Source of the DNA: a virus
Taxonomy: Duplodnaviria; Caudoviricetes
Strand: one strand, 5' to 3'
Virus record (IMG/VR): IMGVR_UViG_3300025042_000034
Coordinates: 1-29,247 of that record
Length of the DNA: 29,247 nt
Made by a program: the position numbers and the translations under genes. The notes under the pieces were generated by a model. That model saw only the letters and a list, made by a program, of their open reading frames with translations, was not told the origin of the DNA and searched no databases. Positions 24,907 to 29,247 of the stretch are shown piece after piece. Numbering within the stretch: position 1 is the first letter of the stretch; each line of letters begins with the position of its first letter.

Positions 24907-25006
24907 TCGTTACAGGGTCACGGCGACGTTGGACGTGGTCGTGTATTTGTGACGCCTGGCCATCATTGGGCTATGATCCTCCTTGACCTCATCAGGGAAG
25001 ATCCAT

Positions 25007-25384
25007 ATGAAATGTCCAAAATGCACATACGAACCGACCATGGCAGAGCAAGCGGATAGCCCCGGCATCTGCCCGCGATGTGGTGTCGTATATTCAAAGG
25101 TGGTAGCGCAACAGATTAAATCGGCGGAGCCAGTGACGGCCGAAACATCAAACAAGTCTTCAAAGGAACAGCGCCGCCAACAGGAGACAGAGGAGTGGCA
25201 TAAACGAATGGATGCTGCGGCCCAGCGCCGAATTGTAATAACTGATATCGATATTCCTTTTGATAGGCTGGTCATGGTAATGACCAAAATGATTTTGGCA
25301 GCTTTGCCGGCTTTGTTCATAGCTAGTCTGATATTGACTGTGATTGGCACCGTGCTTGTCGGTGTAATCCGTAGTTTCTTTTGA
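25007..25384 (+). CDS. Moron: zinc-ribbon membrane protein
   Basis: CPKC...CPRCG N-terminus and C-terminal TM; possible promoter GTGACG (24949) -17- TATGAT (24972); own terminator. Confidence 0.8.
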   Translation: MKCPKCTYEPTMAEQADSPGICPRCGVVYSKVVAQQIKSAEPVTAETSNKSSKEQRRQQETEEWHKRMDAAAQRRIVITDIDIPFDRLVMVMTKMILAALPALFIASLILTVIGTVLVGVIRSFF

Positions 25385-25402
25385 GTTAAATACTGTTCTT
25401 TC

Positions 25403-25430
25403 AAAAAACCCCGCCATCGCGGGGTTTTTT
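25403..25430 (+). terminator. Intrinsic terminator (bidirectional type)
   Basis: AAAAAACCCCGC-CATC-GCGGGGTTTTTT. Confidence 0.85.
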
Positions 25431-25450
25431 ATTGCCTGGAATCCAGCCTC

Positions 25451-28400
25451 ATGAGCATCAAAGATCGCCTGATTCAGTTCGTCCTGCGTGGCAAAGATGA
25501 GCTTTCGCAGGAGGCGCGCAAAGTCTCCAATGCGCTTGAGGATGTGCAAAGCAAAAGCCAGGGGCTGCGTGACGAGTTCGATAAAGCCAAATCAGCCAAA
25601 GGCCTGGTGACTGCATTCCGCACTACCAGTGACACGGCAGACCGAGTGCGCAGCACGCTGGAACGTACACAGCGCCGGGCTGCTGAACTGCGCGAGGAAC
25701 TTGAGAAAAACCCAGGCAGCAAGGGCCTGCAGGTGTCGCTCCGCGAGACCGAGCGCGAGTCTGCCAAGGTCGCGCGGGAGCTGGACAAGGTCACCGCCAA
25801 AACCGCCGAGCTGGAAGCTGCGGCCAGAGCTGCAGAAGTAGACACTCGCGATCTGGCAACCGAAGAGCGCCGCCTGACTGATGAGCTGGATAGAGCCAAG
25901 CGCGCAGTCGGTAACAACACAGATGAAGTGCGAAAGCTTGAGCGTGAACTGCGCAAGGCGTCAAAGGCTTCTAGCGAACATCGCTCGCGGGTAGATGCCG
26001 GTCGGCAGGCTATGTCATCCGGCGCCAAGCAGGTGCTGGCCTTTGCTGCTGCTTATGTCTCGCTGAACGCGGCATTTGGTGTAGTGCAAAAAGGCTTGAA
26101 CCTGGTGCGCGATGGCATCTATTCGATGCTGGCCACCGGCGATCAGTTCGAGGGCATGCAGACCCAGCTCACGGCGCTGATGGGCTCGATTGAGGGTGGC
26201 GAGAAAGCCACCGATTGGATCAAGCAATTCACGCGTGACACACCCCTGCAGCTGCAAGACGTGACGCAGGCGTTTACTTTGCTCAAGGCGTTTGGCCTTG
26301 ACCCGATGGATGGCACGCTGCAGGCCATCACCGACCAGTCTGAGAAGCTGGGCGGCGGGATGGAGAAGCTGACGGGCATCTCGTCTGCCCTTGGCCAGGC
26401 ATGGGCCAAGCAGAAGCTGCAGGGTGAAGAGATTCTGCAGCTGGTCGAGCGTGGCGTGCCGGTGTGGGATCTGTTGGAAAAGGTGACCGGCAAGAATACC
26501 GAGCAGCTTCAAAAGCTCAGCAGCGCGGGCAGGCTTGGCCGGGATGTTATCAGCGACCTAATCAAAGAGATTGGCAGCGCAGCGGAAGGCTCAGCCGCCG
26601 CGAATATGACGCGCCTGACCGGTATTGTCAGTAACCTGAAAGATGTCGCTTCGGACTTTCTGGACCGCATAGCCAGAAGCGGCGCCATGGAGTACGTGAA
26701 AGAGCAACTACTAAGTGTAGCGCAAGCCATCGATCAGATGGATAAAGATGGCCGGCTTGATGCGCTGGCTGAGTCGTTGAGCACGGCGTTCATTCAGGCA
26801 TCGGAGCGGGTGAAGGCCTTCATCACAGATGTGGCAGATGTTGAGTTTGATGAGATCGCTAGTAAGGCAACGGTTTGGCTGAGCGACTTTGGCACCAAGC
26901 TGGATGATGCGCGCATGCGCGTGCAGTTGTTTTTTGCGCCTTTCACAACGCTGTTTCAAGGTTTGGTAGCCGGGTTTGCTGCAGTGGGGCTGGCCGCTGT
27001 TAGTTTCGCTCGAGGGATCGTTGATCCCTTTCTGGCAGCTGGCGAAGCAATCGCCAATGCGTTTGATCTTGATGGTATGCGGGAGCGAATAGCTAGTGCC
27101 CGTAATGGTTTTGCCGAGCTTCAGGGTGCGTTCGTAAACCAGATCGAGGAGTCAGGAAAGAGCATCCGCAATGCCTGGGATGTGACCACCCAACACCAGG
27201 TGCAGCGCTCGCAAGAGGTGACCGCCAAGTTCAAGACCGAAGCAGACCAACAGCGCATGTTGAACCAAGCGCTGGCCGACGAACTCATCAACAACCAGCA
27301 ACGTGTTAAAGAGGCGGCCATTGATGCCGCTATTGCGGGCACTGAGGCCATAGCCGACTTCGCCGAAGCCCAAAAACTGATAGACACAGCCAGCACGGTA
27401 ACCCAGCTGGAAGGGCTACGCGCTGCAATGCTGCGTGCCTACCAAGATGGCGCCATAACCCAGCAAGAATACGCAGCAGGCCTGGGCATTGTTGCCGACA
27501 AGCTAGACGCCATAGCAGGTGAAGCCGACAAAACCGCCAAGTCCCTCTCTGACGTAATCGCCGAGCTGAAAGACTTCGCCGGCGTGCAGAAGGCCATCGG
27601 CAACGCGAAAACCGATGTTGATATCGGCAAGCTGCGGTCGGCCATCACCAAGCTATATGAGGATGGCAAGCTAACTGTCGACGAGTACACAAAAGCCGTT
27701 GCCAATCTGGATAAGCAGCAAGCCAAACTGACCAAATCCACCGGCGACCAGGCGGACGCGCAGAGCAATTTGGAGAAACAGCTACAGTCAGTCAGCGATG
27801 CATTGGCCGCGCAAGCTGATGCAGAAGCGGCAGCGGCATCGGCTCGTGAAGAGCAGCAAGCCGTGTTCCGCGACGCCTTCAGCACCTTCTTTGACGACGT
27901 AATGACCGCCGCTCGTTCGCCTCTGGCGGAGCTGAGTAGCAAGGCGCTGGAGGCGTTCGACTCTCTGCGCGGCATCAGTAGCGTCGATATTGATCTAGAC
28001 ACCAGCAGCCTGGAAGGCACGGCCGCATCGCTCGCGCTAGTGAATGAGAAGGTGGGCGAGCTGCAGTCCGGATTGGATGATCAGTTCAGAGGCCCATTCG
28101 CGCGCTGGGCGGATGAAACCCTGTTCGCCAGCCGGCAGCTGCAAAAGCAGTTTCTTGAGCAGACCGCCACGCTGCAAACGCTCATGCAGGGCTATGACGA
28201 CGGCACGCAAGCGCTGGGTGACTTCACGCGTGAAGCCAGACAGGCCCGCGAGAATCTAGACCTGCTCGAAGAGGCAGACCTTCAGCAGCTGGATGCTGCT
28301 ATTGCCAGCGCCAACCATCGCATGCAAGAGCTGGGCAATAGCAGCCGCACGGCACTGGATGGCCTGCGTGACGAGCTGGACCGCCTGCAGGGCAACACCG

Positions 28401-28741
28401 AGGCCATTGAAAAACGCCGGCTGGAAAGTCGCCAGCGTGATCTGCAGGCGCAAATGGCCGAGGCCCGCGCGGCTGGCAATGGTGAGGCATTGCGCAATTT
28501 GGGTGAAGCCATGAGCGTGCTGCAATCAATCAACAACGAAACCCGCCGCAACAAGCGCGATCAGCCAGCGCAAGCCAGCGCGCCGGGTAGTGAAGCTTCC
28601 GCAGTGCAGCAGTCTACTCAGCCAAGCACGGTTATACGGCTGGAGACCGCACGCGGTAACTCAGTGGATCTGACCGTAGGCGAAGGGCAAGAAGAGTCGC
28701 TGTTGGGCATTCTTGAGCAAGCTGGATTGAGGAGCATGTAA
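25451..28741 (+). CDS. Tail tape measure protein
   Basis: 1096 aa, helical and Ala-rich; tape-measure domain F..DTP..L...ALGQ....KLQGEE..QL.ERGVP. Confidence 0.95.
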   Translation: MSIKDRLIQFVLRGKDELSQEARKVSNALEDVQSKSQGLRDEFDKAKSAKGLVTAFRTTSDTADRVRSTLERTQRRAAELREELEKNPGSKGLQVSLRETERESAKVARELDKVTAKTAELEAAARAAEVDTRDLATEERRLTDELDRAKRAVGNNTDEVRKLERELRKASKASSEHRSRVDAGRQAMSSGAKQVLAFAAAYVSLNAAFGVVQKGLNLVRDGIYSMLATGDQFEGMQTQLTALMGSIEGGEKATDWIKQFTRDTPLQLQDVTQAFTLLKAFGLDPMDGTLQAITDQSEKLGGGMEKLTGISSALGQAWAKQKLQGEEILQLVERGVPVWDLLEKVTGKNTEQLQKLSSAGRLGRDVISDLIKEIGSAAEGSAAANMTRLTGIVSNLKDVASDFLDRIARSGAMEYVKEQLLSVAQAIDQMDKDGRLDALAESLSTAFIQASERVKAFITDVADVEFDEIASKATVWLSDFGTKLDDARMRVQLFFAPFTTLFQGLVAGFAAVGLAAVSFARGIVDPFLAAGEAIANAFDLDGMRERIASARNGFAELQGAFVNQIEESGKSIRNAWDVTTQHQVQRSQEVTAKFKTEADQQRMLNQALADELINNQQRVKEAAIDAAIAGTEAIADFAEAQKLIDTASTVTQLEGLRAAMLRAYQDGAITQQEYAAGLGIVADKLDAIAGEADKTAKSLSDVIAELKDFAGVQKAIGNAKTDVDIGKLRSAITKLYEDGKLTVDEYTKAVANLDKQQAKLTKSTGDQADAQSNLEKQLQSVSDALAAQADAEAAAASAREEQQAVFRDAFSTFFDDVMTAARSPLAELSSKALEAFDSLRGISSVDIDLDTSSLEGTAASLALVNEKVGELQSGLDDQFRGPFARWADETLFASRQLQKQFLEQTATLQTLMQGYDDGTQALGDFTREARQARENLDLLEEADLQQLDAAIASANHRMQELGNSSRTALDGLRDELDRLQGNTEAIEKRRLESRQRDLQAQMAEARAAGNGEALRNLGEAMSVLQSINNETRRNKRDQPAQASAPGSEASAVQQSTQPSTVIRLETARGNSVDLTVGEGQEESLLGILEQAGLRSM

Positions 28742-29115
28742 TGCGGCTAGCGGACATTGAACTGGATGATGACTTCCAGTGGGTCAACGAGTTTGATCAC
28801 AACCCCATCCAGCAAACTATTGAGTACTCGCTGACTGGCGCTTTGCTATTGCAGGAAGGCGTAAAGCAGCAGGGACGCAGTATTGACCTGCGCAGCAATG
28901 GCGGGGTCTGGACACCTCTGTCAGTGGTGAGGCAACTGGAAGCGCTGCGCGATCAGCCCAGCGTACCCATGGAGTTGGTACTGGCTGACGGGCGGGAGTT
29001 TAAAGTTGTTTGGGATCGCAGCGCAGCGCCGTTGGCGGCGGAGCCGCTGGAGAGAGAAACCTATCCCAAGCCTGAGAGCCTGCACTTCATAGAAATGCGG
29101 TTTATCACCGTGTAG
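28741..29115 (+). CDS. Minor/distal tail protein
   Basis: 124 aa coupled to the tape measure (TAATG); W.NEF...Q....SLTGALLLQ.G.KQ.GR.I.L. Confidence 0.7.
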   Translation: MRLADIELDDDFQWVNEFDHNPIQQTIEYSLTGALLLQEGVKQQGRSIDLRSNGGVWTPLSVVRQLEALRDQPSVPMELVLADGREFKVVWDRSAAPLAAEPLERETYPKPESLHFIEMRFITV

Positions 29116-29120
29116 TCTAA

Positions 29121-29247
29121 GGAAGGTCTGAAAAAGACTTCCTGAAAAGGTAAAATGCGTCAGCGCCATTTTCGAGACCACCGCATGAAACAGATGAGCT
29201 TTGCAGACGCCGAATACGCTGGTAAACGTAAGCAGACCCGCCGTGAG
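29121..29247 (+). mobile_element. IS5-family insertion sequence, left end (truncated by window)
   Basis: Terminal GGAAGGTCTGAAAAAG preceded by CTAA (YTAR target typical of IS5). Confidence 0.88.
29185..29247 (+). CDS. IS5-family transposase, N-terminal 21 aa (partial)
   Basis: MKQMSFADAEYAGKRKQTRRE. Confidence 0.9.
   Translation, partial: MKQMSFADAEYAGKRKQTRRE

Larger units (their letters stand above)
1..29120. mobile_element. Temperate prophage (lambdoid gene order, lambda-type head, long non-contractile tail); att sites and distal tail genes lie outside the window
   Basis: Contiguous integrase, cI/cro, replication, Q-like, holin, terminase, portal, protease, capsid, tail tube and tape measure genes; no tail sheath gene seen. 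Confidence 0.97.

Noticed and set aside
27383-27392. Exact GACACAGCCA (box2) inside the tape measure gene
   Set aside because: No box1 or hairpin nearby and not at a start site; treated as chance, though it shows box2 alone is not diagnostic

Overview
Almost the whole window (1-29120) is one temperate, lambdoid-organised prophage of a Pseudomonas-like host. In order it carries: a tyrosine integrase; an AT-rich three-gene cargo cassette (TIGR04255-like protein, unknown protein, putative ADP-ribosyltransferase-fold protein); a leftward early operon (two PrtN-like proteins, MazG-like, DUF2303, KilA-C antirepressor); a cI/cro switch with five operators; CII-like, TraR-like, split primase and helicase genes with an iteron origin; a Q-like gene and holin; a lambda-type head module; and a siphovirus-type tail up to the tape measure. 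An IS5-family element begins at 29121 and is cut by the window end. Two things stand out. (1) A candidate RNA-based regulatory circuit: a ~160-nt minus-strand, four-hairpin RNA between cro and cII (~9487-9325) whose loops are complementary to a bipartite motif (CACCTACCAC ... GACACAGCCA) at the translation starts of three left-operon genes. Its putative promoter shares a 23-bp palindrome with the late-promoter region. (2) The integrase-adjacent cassette, a candidate toxin-antitoxin-chaperone-like anti-phage system. All family assignments come from motif recognition by eye; no searches were run.
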